Assembly (NCBI GenBank): GCA_026026165.1
Contig: JAPEUD010000025.1
Span: 124,001-188,000 of the forward strand
Direction: 5' to 3'
DNA: 64,000 nt
Source: Sarea resinae
Lineage: Eukaryota
Shown: piece by piece, positions 1 to 13,100 of the stretch
Position numbering within the stretch: position 1 is the first letter of the stretch
Layout: the number at the start of each line of letters is the position of its first letter
The notes under the pieces: model-generated
What the model was told of the DNA's origin: nothing
Databases searched by the model: none
What the model saw: only the letters and a program-made list of their open reading frames with translations
Translations under genes and position numbers: made by a program

Positions 1-219
1 GATTCAAACGCCTAAAGAAATGCACCAGTCCCGCCACCACAGCATCACTATCCTCTCAAACAAAGCATAAGCAGCACCTCTCTTGCACGCTACTCATGAA
101 GTAGCGGCTTTCCCGTCCGTATGTCTTTCTAATCCATCATCGCTCTATCGCGTTCCCAAAACCGCCGACGGCCTCGCCTAATGGAACGAAGTCCAATACC
201 ACAAACCATGCCCGATCAT

Positions 220-763
220 TCACTTCCCGTCCTTGCCCTTTCTCTCGGTCTTATAGCTCATCTCGTTCCGGATACGATCGAAACTGCCCTCATTGGCCTG
301 AATAGAAGGGCATCACTCGTCAGTGTCTTCCTCTCCCAAAATTGAAAATAGAAGAGGCCAATTCGATTATTGCTCCGTAGCAGATTACCCAAGATTCTCC
401 AGTCCAGCAGGCTCAACAAGCCTCAACGCAAAAAGAAAAAAAGGAAATGAAGGTTTTATCACGAAGAAGATGATGAGAAGAACTCACGTCTTGATAGCCC
501 TCCTCGTGTCCAGGCAACTTGATGCCCCCGGCACTGGTCTGATTTCCCTGGACCTTGTCCTTATACCCGGTCGGCGTCGCCGAACCAGGGGTATGGCCGT
601 CGGATCCGCCACCCGAGGAAAAGCGTCCCTCGATATTCTGCACGCCGAACGTGCGAGGTGGGTAGCGTCCGAGAAGGTAGAAGATGCCGACTCCCGTGAA
701 GCCAGCGAGTGATACCAAGAGGAAAGGTTTTGAGGGCCGGGATGGTGGCACGGGTGAGGACAT
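220..763 (-). CDS. Small hypothetical protein (~117 aa) with an N-terminal hydrophobic/TM segment; exons 763-488 and 297-220
   Basis: The ORF MSSPVPPSRPSKPFLLVSLAGFTGVGIFYLLG...EEGYQD ends at a GTGAGT donor (487). A CTGAC branch point and CAG acceptor (298-300) follow, then the in-frame exon ANEGSFDRIRNEMSYKTERKGKDGK-TGA. Confidence 0.7.
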
Positions 764-2388
764 ATTGGTTGCTCTTTTTTTTTTCGGAGGCGTGGGCGTG
801 TTGGTTGAATAGTTATGAATTGGGGAGGTATGATCACAGGTCGAGGACAGCTGCGGAGAGGTTTTGTTGTTGATCGTTCAGGGATGGGTGGATGAAGTGG
901 GAATGTCGAGATGGGATGAACTTGTAATACCGAGTGTACGGAAAGCTGTGATAGGTAGGAAAGATGCGGATATGGGAAGTATGAGGTCAGTCCAATTGAC
1001 TCTGTCGGGCATAGAGGCCAAGCAAGATATACCCTAGAAGAGGCTTCAGGACCAAAGGGGCCGGGGCAGCTAAGGTTAGGTGAGGTGAGGTCAGGCACGG
1101 TAAGGTAGTCATTTCGAGAATTGTTTTGGCCCAATGCCGTTCCTTCTCTGCAGCGGCTCTCGATCTCGTGCACTCATCATCGTTTTCCTATGGAAGCGGG
1201 TCGCTCGTACGTACAGATGTCAAGGACAGACAAGAGATAGCAATGATCTCCATCTTCTTCTGGTATTGCCAGAAGGGAGTAGCAGAACCGCGACTCATTC
1301 AATTCAATTCAATCCAATTCAATCCAATTACACGTCGAATCACCATCGCCCAGATTCACTTTCACTCCTCCTATCAACCCTCTTCTCCACTTCCCTGCCT
1401 ATTCCTTTCCTTTCCATCCCTATTTTCCAACATTCACAGGAATGCTACGGCGCATCCATACGGCAAAGCACCGATCCATACGCATGGAAGTGATTAAAGT
1501 GTAGAGTGCTGTGCTGTAGTGGTGGAGTCCCCTCGATCTTCATCCCTAGCTACCTACCTCCTAGCTGCTACTTCGAGAACGTCATCGTTCTTGAATCGGA
1601 CCAGATTAGCAGTACTCTAGGGCGGGCTGGGAGGCAGATGGAAGTCTAACCGGGATACGGTCGATCATCAGTACTGCTACATCAAGCGGGTACCGAGTAC
1701 TGCACGGTATACAAAGTCCCTCCTACTCCGGAGCCCGTACTATGTACGCTCGATGGATACCTACATACCTTAGGGAGGCACCTCAGGTATGGATGTTCAA
1801 TGATCCTCGGCCCTAGCTGAAGTCCGGAGGCCGAGACCCCAGTACGGTATGTGGGATACTGCGCGCTTGGGCCGCTTGAGAGACCGTAGGAGCTTGATCT
1901 CAACAAGGGAGCAGCTCGAAGTTGCCCACTGATTAATGATATGCGGAGCTGGAATTACCCCTCCCATTACGTGAACAGATTTGAGGATCGTTGTTCGGGA
2001 TAAGCCAGAGCTTCATTGCATGATTTCGCATTGTCGAGCAGCAAGCATTGACTGTTAATATGGATCTGAGACGAAAGGCATCGCGAGACAAATTCGGAGG
2101 AGCTTTCGTGATTTTCTGCTTCAATTATTTATCCGTCCTAGAGCTATCATAACCTGCCATGGTGCATTGCCCATGGCACTGCTGAAGCTCATTGTAGGGA
2201 AAGGCAAATCAAAGAGAACTGAAAGCAAAGCAGAGGAACTCCACCCCTATTACCCAGGGGGATTCGTATCGTGACACTTCATCTGGCTGCATCGTCCACC
2301 GCACGCATTCCATCAGCAGTATCAATCGCACCGCCACCCGTTCGCTTTATCGCAGCAAGTCCACCGTAAGGTACAACAGCTTGTCGGC

Positions 2389-2945
2389 CTAAGACTTGCC
2401 GCCGCCGCCACTGGTATCCGAGGGACCCCGAGTAAAACTGTCAATGGCATCAAGCCGTCAATTTCCATTGTATACTTGTTCTAATCCGCCGTACTGATAG
2501 TAGAAACGTACACACTCATGTTCAAACGGTAAATAGAAAGGGGGGATTGTTACTCGAGGAAGCAATGGGAAAGATAACTCACTTGGTCCACATCTGGCCA
2601 ATGAACCCCGGTTTAGGCTCGTGATCAGAGACGCTGGCCCTCCTGGCCGAGGTCGACGGATTGTTCGGATCGCGCTTCTGGCCTACAAGACCGGCGAAAA
2701 GTCCCTGGCCTTGGGAGGACTGTTGAAGACAGATGAAGAGAGAGTCAGCTTATGTAGAAGTAAAGGCTAAGATATCAATGAACTCCGAGCACGCGGCTTA
2801 GCAATAGAATCTGGAACAGGAAAAGACATACGCGTCTCCGACCCCCGCTGCCAATGCTCGGCTCGCCCGAATTCGCAGGAGTGGGAACGGCGCCTGCGCC
2901 GCCTTTGACGGCAGAGGACTGACGGTTGGTGCTGCTGGAAGACAT
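2389..2945 (-). CDS. Small fungal protein (~99 aa) with RRxS motifs, tentatively con-8 / conidiation-expressed-like; exons 2945-2832, 2719-2583, 2437-2389
   Basis: Spliced product: MSSSSTNRQSSAVKGGAGAVPTPANSGEPSIGSGGRRR|SSQGQGLFAGLVGQKRDPNNPSTSARRASVSDHEPKPGFIGQMWTN|FTRGPSDTSGGGGKS*. Donors are GTATGT and GTGAGT, acceptors are CAG, and phases are consistent. Not in the ORF track. The family name is from memory only. Confidence 0.75.
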
Positions 2946-3912
2946 TCTGGGTGTTGAACAAGGATTCTAGTGTAAAGTCGGCGTTTGGTGAGGAGTTGTG
3001 ATGTATGAAATAGCTTCGGTGAAGATGGGAAGCTCAGGTACTCATGATGAGGAGGAGGAGGAGGATTATGGTGATGATGAGGGGAAGCACATTATAAGCT
3101 GCCAGAAACAGAAAGACAGAGAGACGGCTACTTTGTCTCACCACGTATCTACTCCAAGGTAGGTAAGCGCAAACACTACAGTCCGTACAGTCTGGCAGTC
3201 ATGGCAGTCTGGCAGTCTGGTATGCAACAATGACAGGAAACAGCAATGGAAGCGGGGCAGCTGTGAGCATCGAGTATCATTCCACACCCATTGGCTCCCA
3301 ACGCGTAAGGGAAGTCGGATTCACGGCGAAGTACGCAGCACCAATACGCAGGCCTACTTCCAGCGTGAGGGTATGACTCGAAGAGCAGGCAGGTGCAATG
3401 CACCTGCATCGGTGATGCTTGCAACGACCGATGATGGTGATGATCTCATCATTCCGGCCGTCAGCGACACCCAGATCATAGTACACAGACTGAGGAGCCA
3501 TTGGGGGTGGGGAAATCCAAGCCCGCGAGTCCGGTTAGATCGGAAAGTGCTGCATCATGCAGCGCAGTCTCCCGTAATCATCACCGAATAGCTAAGGCAA
3601 GAAGAGCTGGAGGGCCAGGGCTCTGTACTCCGAGTACTTGACGGTACATTGATTCCACCGCTAGACCGCAGGGACGCTTTGATTCATCAAGTATCCTGGA
3701 ATGCTCCTTGTTGATTCTTGAATGAGACGCACAACAAAGAGATTGCAAGCTAGGTACCCTCTTGTGCGGGATGAAGAATGGTTGCTTTATTGATAGTAAA
3801 TTCACATCAAATCGTATTGCGGCACATGACCCAAAAAGAAAATCTACGCTCGCTCACTGGAGACGTTACTCGCATTGTCCAGCCGATAGCACTCTCCACT
3901 CTAGCTCCATCA

Positions 3913-6900
3913 TCACTCCTTGTGTTCATGCTTGAGTATCTTGCAAATCAGATCCTGTCCGTCAACTGAATCGCCCTCCTTGACCTGCAACGAGCCGATA
4001 AAACCGTGATGTGGAGCACTGATTATCATTTCCTATTCCTTGTTAGTATCCGTAGACGCCGGCTGCGGACAAGCAAACTTACCATCTTCATGGCGCTGAG
4101 AACCGCAATAGGATCACCCTTCTTGACCTCATGTCCCTCGTGCACGCGCAGTTCAACCACAACACCAGACATGGGTGCTCCCACCTGGCTAGTATCTTGA
4201 CTGTCTGCTTTGGGACGGCTCTCGTTGTCGACTGCTGCGTTCTCGTCCAAGACGGTCACCTGTCGAACTTCTCCGTTGACCTCGTAAAAGACCTCACGGT
4301 TGCCGGTCGTCTCTGACAGAGGGCCAACGGCAAGAAGCTTGAGAATCAAAATCTTACCCTTCTCAATCTCGACGCTGAACTCCTCCCCAAGATCTGGTCG
4401 AGAGAGGAAGTATTTAGTGGGAAGAACGCTAAGGTCACCGTACTTGGCGACAAAGGTGCGATAATCCTCAAAGACCTTAGGGTACATAGCGTAACTTGCC
4501 ACGTCGCATTCTGAGGCGCTACCAAACTTGTCATTGATATCGTGCTTGATCTTTCGCAGATCCATCGATTCCAGGAAGAGACCAGGACGCTTATCAAGCT
4601 TGCGGCGATCTCGAAGAGCTTGACTACGAAGTGGCTCAGGGAAGCCTCCGTACGGTTGGCCCATGAGACCCTCGAAGAACTCAAGCACCGAGCCAGGGAA
4701 ATCCAGTTCGCTGGCCTTGGCGAGAACATCATCGTAGCTGAGCTTGTTCGAGACCATGAATTGGGCGAGATCTCCAACGACTTTGGATGTTGGCGTGACC
4801 TTAACAATGTCGCCGAGAAGGTCATTAGCCTGCTCATATGCTTTCTTCGTCTCAGCCCATTGTTGGCCCAAGCCAAGTTGAGAGGCTTGGAAAATCAGAT
4901 TGGTCAATTGACCACCCGGAATCTCGTGCTCATAAACCTCGGGATCTGGACCAGTGAGACCAGCCTCAAAAGGCGAATATAGCAATCTGAGCTGCGCCCA
5001 GTATGAATCGAGAGCGCGCACAAGAGGGCGGTCCACACCCGGGTCATAGGGAGTGCCTTCCAAAGATGCAAGCAGAGCACCAACGCTAGGCTGCGAGGTC
5101 ATACCGGACATGCTGTCCGTAGCCGTATCAACAGCATCCGCTCCAGCGTAGGCACAAGCCACCATTGAGGCAACACCAGTACCAGCTGAATCGTGCGTGT
5201 GCACATGGATAGGAAGGTCTGGGTACTTCTTCCTGATTGAGCCAATGAGAAGCGTTGCAGCTCTTGGCTTGAGCACACCAGCCATATCTTTGATACCCAA
5301 AACGTGAGTACCAATCTTCACAATCTTGTCGACGAGATCCATATAGTACTCGAGATTGTACTTCTTGTGAGGGTTGAGCATGTCTCCGCTGTAGCAGAGG
5401 GTTCCCTCAACGACACCGCCGGCCTTCATTGCTGCTTTCATTCCAACCTCAAGTTGATCGACATCATTTAGCGCATCAAACACACGGAAAATATCGACAC
5501 CATTCTTCTTGGCTTGGTCGCAGAAGTGATAGATGGCATTGTCCGGTAGCCTATATATGTGATCAGCAAAGACCCGTAAGACTTGTTGTGGTGGACTTAC
5601 GAGGAGTACGCGACACCGTTAGCTCCACGGAGAAGCATCTGGAAGGGGATGTTAGGGACAAGCTTCTTCATCTTCCTCAGTCTGTCCCATGGGTCTTCGT
5701 AGAGGAATCGCATAGCGACATCGAAAGTAGCTCCTCCCCAGCATTCCAGGCTGTACGCGTTTCTATACGCATGACCGGTTTGTTGAGCAATCTTGAGGAG
5801 GTCGTATGTGCGCACTCTAGTAGCGAGAAGGGATTGATGTGCATCACGCATGGTGGTGTCCATAATCAAGCAGCCCGGATATGCTCGAACAGCTTTTGCG
5901 AATGCCTCGGGGCCCTCCTTGACAATGATATTTCTCCAACCTTCCTGGCATGGTTCCGAGCAGTCAACTATTTGGCCATCGTCATGCTTCAGCTCAGGCA
6001 TGATGATATCGCCCTTGAATTTCGGGTCGCCAATCTGGCCCTTGATGCTGCTTCCATTGACCGCCACATCGCCCAGGTACGCAAGTAATTTCTGGGCGCG
6101 ATTCTGGCTACCGACCAAGGCAAACAACTCCGGCCTTGAACAACCGTCAGCTAAGTCACCAGAAAGATTTCACGAACAACTTACGTATCATCAATGAATG
6201 TGGTCCAGCAGGTCCCTCCGATAAAAGTAGGATGAGTAAGCAACGAAGCAAGGAAAGGAATGTTGGTCTTCACTCCTCGGATACGGAATTCAACAAGAGC
6301 ACGGAGCATCTTTCTTCTGGCGATTTCATATGTGGAGCCATGACAAGTGCACTTCACCAACATGGAGTCATAGTGGGGAGTGATGACTGCCCCAGCGAAA
6401 CCGTTGCCGCCATCAAGGCGAACGCCATTGCCACCGGAAGAACGGTAGACCTCGATCTTACCAGTATCTGGCGAGAAACCTTGAGCGGGATCTTCGGTGG
6501 TAATTCTACATTGTATGGCAAAGCCTCGAGTGGTTATTCGGTCCTGGGTGAGACCCAGTTGCGCGAGTGACGCACCGGCTGCGATTTGTATTTGAGCGGC
6601 CACGATATCGATGCCAGTGATTTCTTCGGTGATGGTGTGCTCGACTTGGCTAGGATCTGTTAGCAGAGATAAAACCACAAATCAGCTTCACATACATTCG
6701 AGGGTTGATCTCGATAAAGTAGTATCGATTTTGCTGATCCACGAGGAACTCTGCAGTGCCCGCATTGCGATAATCGACCGACTTGGCCAGCTTGACCGCA
6801 TCGCTCAAGAGATTCTCTCTGACTTCCTGCGGCAAGTCCCTTGCTGGCGCCAACTCCACCACTTTCTGATGCCGACGTTGAACACTGCAGTCACGCTCGT

Positions 6901-8257
6901 ACAAGTGGACCACGTTTCCGTGGTTATCACCCAGCAGTTGAACTTCGATATGTTTTGGCTTATCCAAGAATCGTTCGACAAACACAGTGCCATTGCCGAA
7001 AGCCGACTTCGCCTCAGACGTTGCGCGGTCGAAGGCATCTTTGAGTTCTGATTGTTCGCGCACAACTCTCATACCACGCCCTCCACCACCAAAAGCTGCT
7101 TTGATAATGATTGGGAAGCCATATTGATCGGTGAAGGATTTGACATCCTCAAATTTTTCAACGGGTCCTGGGGTTCCTGGAACAACGGGCACCTCACATT
7201 TCATGGCGAGTGTTCGAGCAGATACCTTATCGCCAAGGGAGTCGATCGTCTCGGGTGTTGGTCCAACCCACTATGGCCGATGCTAGTCAGCCATTTCTAT
7301 CACACGAAAATCATGCGAGGGCCCTTACAATCAAGCCGGCTTTCTCCACGTTCCTCGCAAACTCTGCATTCTCTGACAAGAAGCCATAACCTGTCATCCA
7401 GATATATTAGTCGGTGGATATAGGGTATTGAAATTTGGTGCTTCCACCTGGATGAACCATGTTTGCTCCATGCAAAAGAGCGATCTTAATGATCTCATCT
7501 CCTGCCAAGTATGCTCCCACAGCAGTGTATTGTCCTCGGGCACCGATCATATAAGCTTCGTCGGCCTCTGTTCGTAGGTGAATGTGGTCAGTTTGTGATC
7601 ACACTCTGTGCCGCGCATGAGGGGTTGCATTACTCTGTCTGTGCATGCTAAGACGGTCCTCATAACTTTATGGATATCAGCAATGAGTCAAGGCAGCCCG
7701 CGGCGATTGTATTACGGACCTGTAAACCGCGATTGTTTGCAGTGATAGCTCGTGGGCCTAGAGGGTCGGCGTCAGCATTCATATTCTCAGCAACGCAGCT
7801 TGTCCAATCCGAAGCATTCCTGCTCAAGAGGCCCGAATCGAGGGAGCTAGACTTACTGTCCGGAAGATCTAAGAGTGGATTGGTGAGTCATTCAGTATTC
7901 CCATTATATCAGGTACGAATACATACACGAGTGGCTGTTGGATGTGGTCAGTCGAGCTCTTCTATTCAGCCAATGCATGGTGTGACTTACGAATTTCTCC
8001 TCTGTTGGCCACTATCAATGGTAAACGTATCAAACAGTTAGTCACAGCTTCTCAATTGCACCGCCAAGCTCCAAGCGAACGGCGTTGAACGAGGCCCCCA
8101 GGAATATTTGCGTACCCAGAATCTTCTTCAGGTGCATGATTGAGGAATTAGCACGTAGTCTCTGATGCACCGTATGCTTTCCGGCTTCGTCGAGGTGCTC
8201 ATCGTGATGTGCCCCATGGGCGTAGGGGTACTGGCCATCGGTGTTGTTGCCAGTCAT
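3913..8257 (-). CDS. pyc: Pyruvate carboxylase; 13 exons: 8257-8116, 8011-7991, 7934-7927, 7868-7857, 7757-7720, 7665-7634, 7567-7448, 7390-7329, 7270-6696, 6649-6185, 6134-5601, 5550-4083, 4032-3913
   Basis: Biotin carboxylase motifs ([54 protein letters not shown]), carboxyltransferase motifs ([24 protein letters not shown]) and the biotin-carrier motif AMKM. All introns are GT-AG and phase-consistent. Confidence 0.98.
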
Positions 8258-8985
8258 GGTGAACTAAAGCGAGGGGGACAGGCAACGAGCCTGGCCGCTG
8301 AAAAAGCTGGACTCGAGGCAATTGACGGTCGAGAGGGAAGATCGGACTGGAGAAGAAAGATGGATTATGGAGAGAGAGTTGCCAAACAAGATAAGAAATG
8401 GATTGAAGGTTCGATGTGGATGTTGCTAAGTAGGTATGTATGTGGTGGGTAGGGTAGGTGAGTAAGGTAGGTAGGGCCCTGCGGTTCGGTCCGAAGGATA
8501 TAAGGGAGAATGGAAGTCAGAAGGAGAGGCTCAATTCTGATAAATGGAGCTCGGTGATTGGGGGGGAGGGGGGTGGGAGATGGATATAACGGACAGTAGG
8601 TGCGTTGAGGATGAGTCGGATCGCAGCTTTAGCTTGGGATTATTGCAGCAACAGCCTAAGGATGTGGGGGGGAGGGGAGGGAGGGAAGAATGCAGAACGC
8701 GCGGGCAGGCACGAGCGAGCTTGGCCCCGCGCTATGTCACAGCTCGCTCGCTCGCTCCAAAGCTCGTGCGTGCTTGCCTGGCCCGGGACGATTATCATCT
8801 TGCTCGCCCGGTACCTGTAGCGAACGAGATCGAGTAGTCGACTCGGGCTCGCGACCTCGTGAGCCACGGCTCCAGCCATACAATTGCTGGTACTGGATAC
8901 CTGAGCATACTTCGTAGAGTCCCATCGTGATACCGAGTACCTCGTACAGCCGGGTCGAGACAGCTGGAGAGAGAGTGGACAGCTC

Positions 8986-9032
8986 CAGCTCCCAGATGCC
9001 AGCTCCCAGATGCCAGCTCCCAGATGCCAGCT
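8986..9032. repeat. 14-bp tandem repeat (CAGCTCCCAGATGC)x3 plus a partial copy, upstream of pyc
   Basis: Three exact copies at 8986, 9000 and 9014, followed by CAGCT. Confidence 0.9.
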
Positions 9033-10140
9033 TACTACTGCATCCGGTATTACCACTCCGCTCACGGTTTTTCCGCTTCCTCTCGTCCACTACAGATATG
9101 AACGGGCACACGTATATGCCACTCTACTACCTTATATCTTGATTGTCGGAGGCATATGAACACCGCATCAGCCTGCCTTTTCTGGAGTACCTGGCCATCC
9201 ATTCCACATCACGTCAACATGCAGCCTCTCAAGCCCCTCGAGGTGACTGAGAGTAGGCTCGAATCCCAACCCTTAGCCCGGTTCCCCCCAGAGCAGAGCG
9301 GGAGGGTGGCCAAGCCGACTTAATCCGATCCAGAAGCCCAGATGAGGCGGGCGGGGGATCCGCGGTCGACGGGAAGTCTACTCCGCGACCGAGAAACCCT
9401 TCTTCCCCAGTCCTGTACCCCAGAAAGGGATGCCAAATGGCCGAGATGGGCTCCACTGGAGCTTGTCGTGCGTTCAGCTGCTGCTACTGCAGCGTTGTCG
9501 CTGAAGCGGAATATCTTTCGCTTCGGCACAACACCCTGGGAGGACGGATCCATCCATGGATGGCTGTCCAATCGAAGGTACATCCAACGTAGATCTACCT
9601 CCGACACCCTCGACGACGTCCGCACCGCATCGGCCTCTTTCGACCTCCACTGACCTCCACCTCGGTTGCTTTGCTTGCCCATCAGACGTCATCCTGTCGA
9701 TCGCCGATTTCGCTAGCCACCGTGACTACAGCGCGGTACCTACCTAGTACCTCCCTTAAGGGAAGTCTTCCACTCCAACTCGTGTGGCCTCGGCCATGGC
9801 CGAGCCCAGCCCAGCCAGTCATCGTACGCCCTCACATGCCTACTGTATCTCCGTACCACTATCATTCCACATAAAACATGGCGATCTTCATGCACTTGGA
9901 TATGGGTCTTGTTGTGAAACAGCTATCAATCAATTCGATTCATGAATTCGGTCAGGTCGGTAAAAAGTACACGCAGGAAGAAGATTATCAAAAGCTCGCC
10001 GAAGTTTGCAACCGCTTTCTTACATCCAGGCTTCATTATTTTGAGTCCCTCGCGAACGAAAAATGACGAATGTGGAAACCAGCTATGTATGGCACATCCG
10101 GAACAAATGTTCTCGAGGTCATTCGCATCCTTCTCCTCAT

Positions 10141-13100
10141 CTAGAAAGCTCGATAGCCAGTAGCCTGAGGCATGATGCCGTTCGGCTGCGCGTATGGCTG
10201 TGGTGATGGTGCACTGCCCGCGGGCCCCTGGGTAAGCATCAATCGTGAACCACCCAGGATGGGCGTGTTATCCTCCTGTTTCTGCTGAGAAACCTCGCGA
10301 GACTTGCGCTCCTCGTTGTCCTTCTTTAGCGTCTCGATCGTAGCGACCTGCTGGCTTAGGAAATTGATCATAAAGGGCTTCCATTTGTTAGCAATATCCA
10401 AAAGACTGAGAAGACAATGAAAAGGCTTACCATCGTGAAATCCGTAAGTCCGTGTCGCCAAGAAATCTCCATGACTACGTCTAAACGGATAAGATCATAA
10501 CATGCATAAAGCATGCCCACATAGCATTCGCGGCTCCCAATGTCCACAAACTAGACATGTGTTAGTGAGCTACAACAGCAACTGCGAGCATCCGGAAACT
10601 TACGTATCGGACAAGATCCTCGACAACGTCGCTCTTACCAGAAATGGCGGCAGTTTCGATGGCATCCTTGAAAAGCTTGTCCTGCTTCGAGAGGGCAATT
10701 GATTTCTCCCAGCGCTTGTTCTTGCGATATATGCTGGCAGCAATTTGTCGGAAGAATACAAGTTCATGGCGTTCGAGCCGCTGTGCCAAATCAACAGGAT
10801 CGTAGTTATCGTAGTTCTCTACCGAGTCTCTGAGAGTCTTATAATCCTCCTCTTCGATCAACAAATCGTTAATTGCATTATTGACAGCCTTCTTGTTCTG
10901 GGATTGGACGCTGAGCAAAAATGGCTTGATGAGGGGAATATTGTCCGATTTCTCAAACATTCGTACTACTCGGTTGACATCAATCCTTGGAGTGAGTGCT
11001 TGCAGAAGATCTGTCAACAGGGATGGCTGTTCTTGAAGGTAAAAGTTCAAAGCACGGTAATAAATCTCGAGGTTGGCAACTTTGACGATGATATCCTTGA
11101 AGGAGTGGTGCTCCCAGGCGTCGGCTGCACGCTCCATCATTGCCAAGGCTGCGTTATCCCATTCGTCGTAGTGGCAGTACAAGAACACCAGTTCTGGCCA
11201 TAGATGAGCCTCTTCGCAGGCGCGGATCATCTTTGGTATGTTGATACGGGACCAGAAAAGCTTCAGGTGCTCCATGACACGTTCTGGATGGTATTTCGAC
11301 AGGGCAATGCCCAGTTCCGTGAACATGCCCATGTGAGCTCGCTCAAGCCCAAGACCTGCTTCAAGCACAGATATCAACTCATCGAAATATCCGTTGCGCT
11401 CATATTGTTTAACGAGGTCTTGCAGCTCTTCCGCATGAACAATAAGATTGAGACCACAGATCTGTGCAAGACGGAATTCCTTCTTTGCAACGCAAGCTTC
11501 GTTGACCTGTTTCCAGACTTTGACACTGTTGGCTTTGCGTGCGCACTCAACGGCTGCTTGATAATCTTCGAGGTGTACCAGAGTGGTTGCGAGCTTGGCC
11601 CAATTTGAGATACTCGTGAAGAAAATTTTGGCGGCTTGGTGATATCCTTCTTCATATGCCTTGTCGCCAGATGCCTCGACGTCAGCAACGTTTGTTGAGT
11701 GCAAGAAGTCCTCCAACTCGCTCAGCTGATCCGTTCGAGCGTAGCAGAAAGCCAGCCCAGTGTCGATTGCAGGCTCACGCAAAGTTTTTCGAGCCATCTT
11801 GAGGTATTTGATCAGATCCTCATCCTTACCAGCGTGGGTAGCAATATCGATGACCTCAAGGTAATTGCCAGGGTCTTGGGCGCAGATGTAAGACTCGATA
11901 GAGTCGCTCACGCGAAGTCCATCTAGTTGGGCCTTGGCAACCTTGCTCCAGACTTCGGGGAGCTCAACACGCTCAGCATACTCTTGAGCTCGGTCAATGC
12001 TAACAATGTTGTCGACGAGTACATCAGTCGCAGCGGCATGGTTGTTGACTTTTTTGTAAACCTCGAAGGCTTCTTCGAACAGGCCAACATCAATGCACAT
12101 CTGCGCAATGTCTTCCGCATTGAAGGCTGAAAGTTGCTGGATATAGTCCATGAGACGTCCCTTATCAGATTTGGCAGCAGTGAGCATGAGGAGATTTTGA
12201 AGACTTCCATTATCACTGAACGGTGATGGTTCCAGGATAATCTTCTCCAAGAGCTCGATTAATTCAGCTGGAAGATCGGCATCAAGGAACGCTTTAACAG
12301 CGACAGATACTTTGTCGGGCTCAGTCGACTCAGGAACGGCGGTCGATATGACCTGATCTATCAGTGAGCGTCGATGGATGTTGTTTCCATTCAAGACAAA
12401 GGCCCAGATTTCTGTATCTGCCCGCTCTAGAAGATAACGAGCTTGCGCTTTGTACATTGAATTCTCGTTGGTTATGTTGATAAGCTCGAGGTCATTTTGA
12501 CCCTTTCGGTAAGAGATGTAGGCCAGGTTTGGGTCGCGCTTCTCGCAATACTTGCCAACCACTAACGAATCATATTGATCGTTCTCCTTCAGGAATTTCT
12601 CTGGGTTGTTGTTGCTATCTATGTAGATCTTAGCCAGAGCGTTGTAGACAGCTTGCTGCTGGTTGCCGCTGGCCAGAGTAGCCTCCAAGAAAGGTAGAAG
12701 CAGCTTGAGACGATTTCGTGATTCAACCTCAGCAACAAGTTCGTCGATGGGAATTGACGCCGGGTCGACAGACTGCAAAAGGTTCTTGATGATAGACTCT
12801 TCGCAGTCAACATCTAGAAGGCCGCCCACTACAGCAGGAGCTCTTGAGGGGTTGACTCTCTGTACATAAACTTCTATCGAATGGAATTGCTGGTTTTGAT
12901 AGAGGTAAAGCACCAAGTCGTGGATGAAATTGAAACGATCGCAAACGATTATGAGTGGTAGTTGCTCCGTCAGCTTCGCTTCCTTCAGGAAGTTTTTGAC
13001 TTTCTCCGGGTTATAATGATTGCTGTCCCGGCAAATACGCTCAACCTCGGTGAGCTGGCCATTCGCGGTAGCTGCTTCGATGTATTTGAAGTGCACATCC

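Noticed and set aside
484..1497. ORFs 484-1173 (-), 1126-1497 (+) and 1134-1493 (+)
   Set aside because: They have low-complexity promoter/UTR-like composition, run through an (ATTCA/ATCCA)n microsatellite at about 1297-1330, and show no recognisable domain.
9229..9874. Overlapping 60-120 aa ORFs between pyc and clathrin
   Set aside because: GC-rich intergenic DNA with ORFs in many frames, no splice structure and no family motif.
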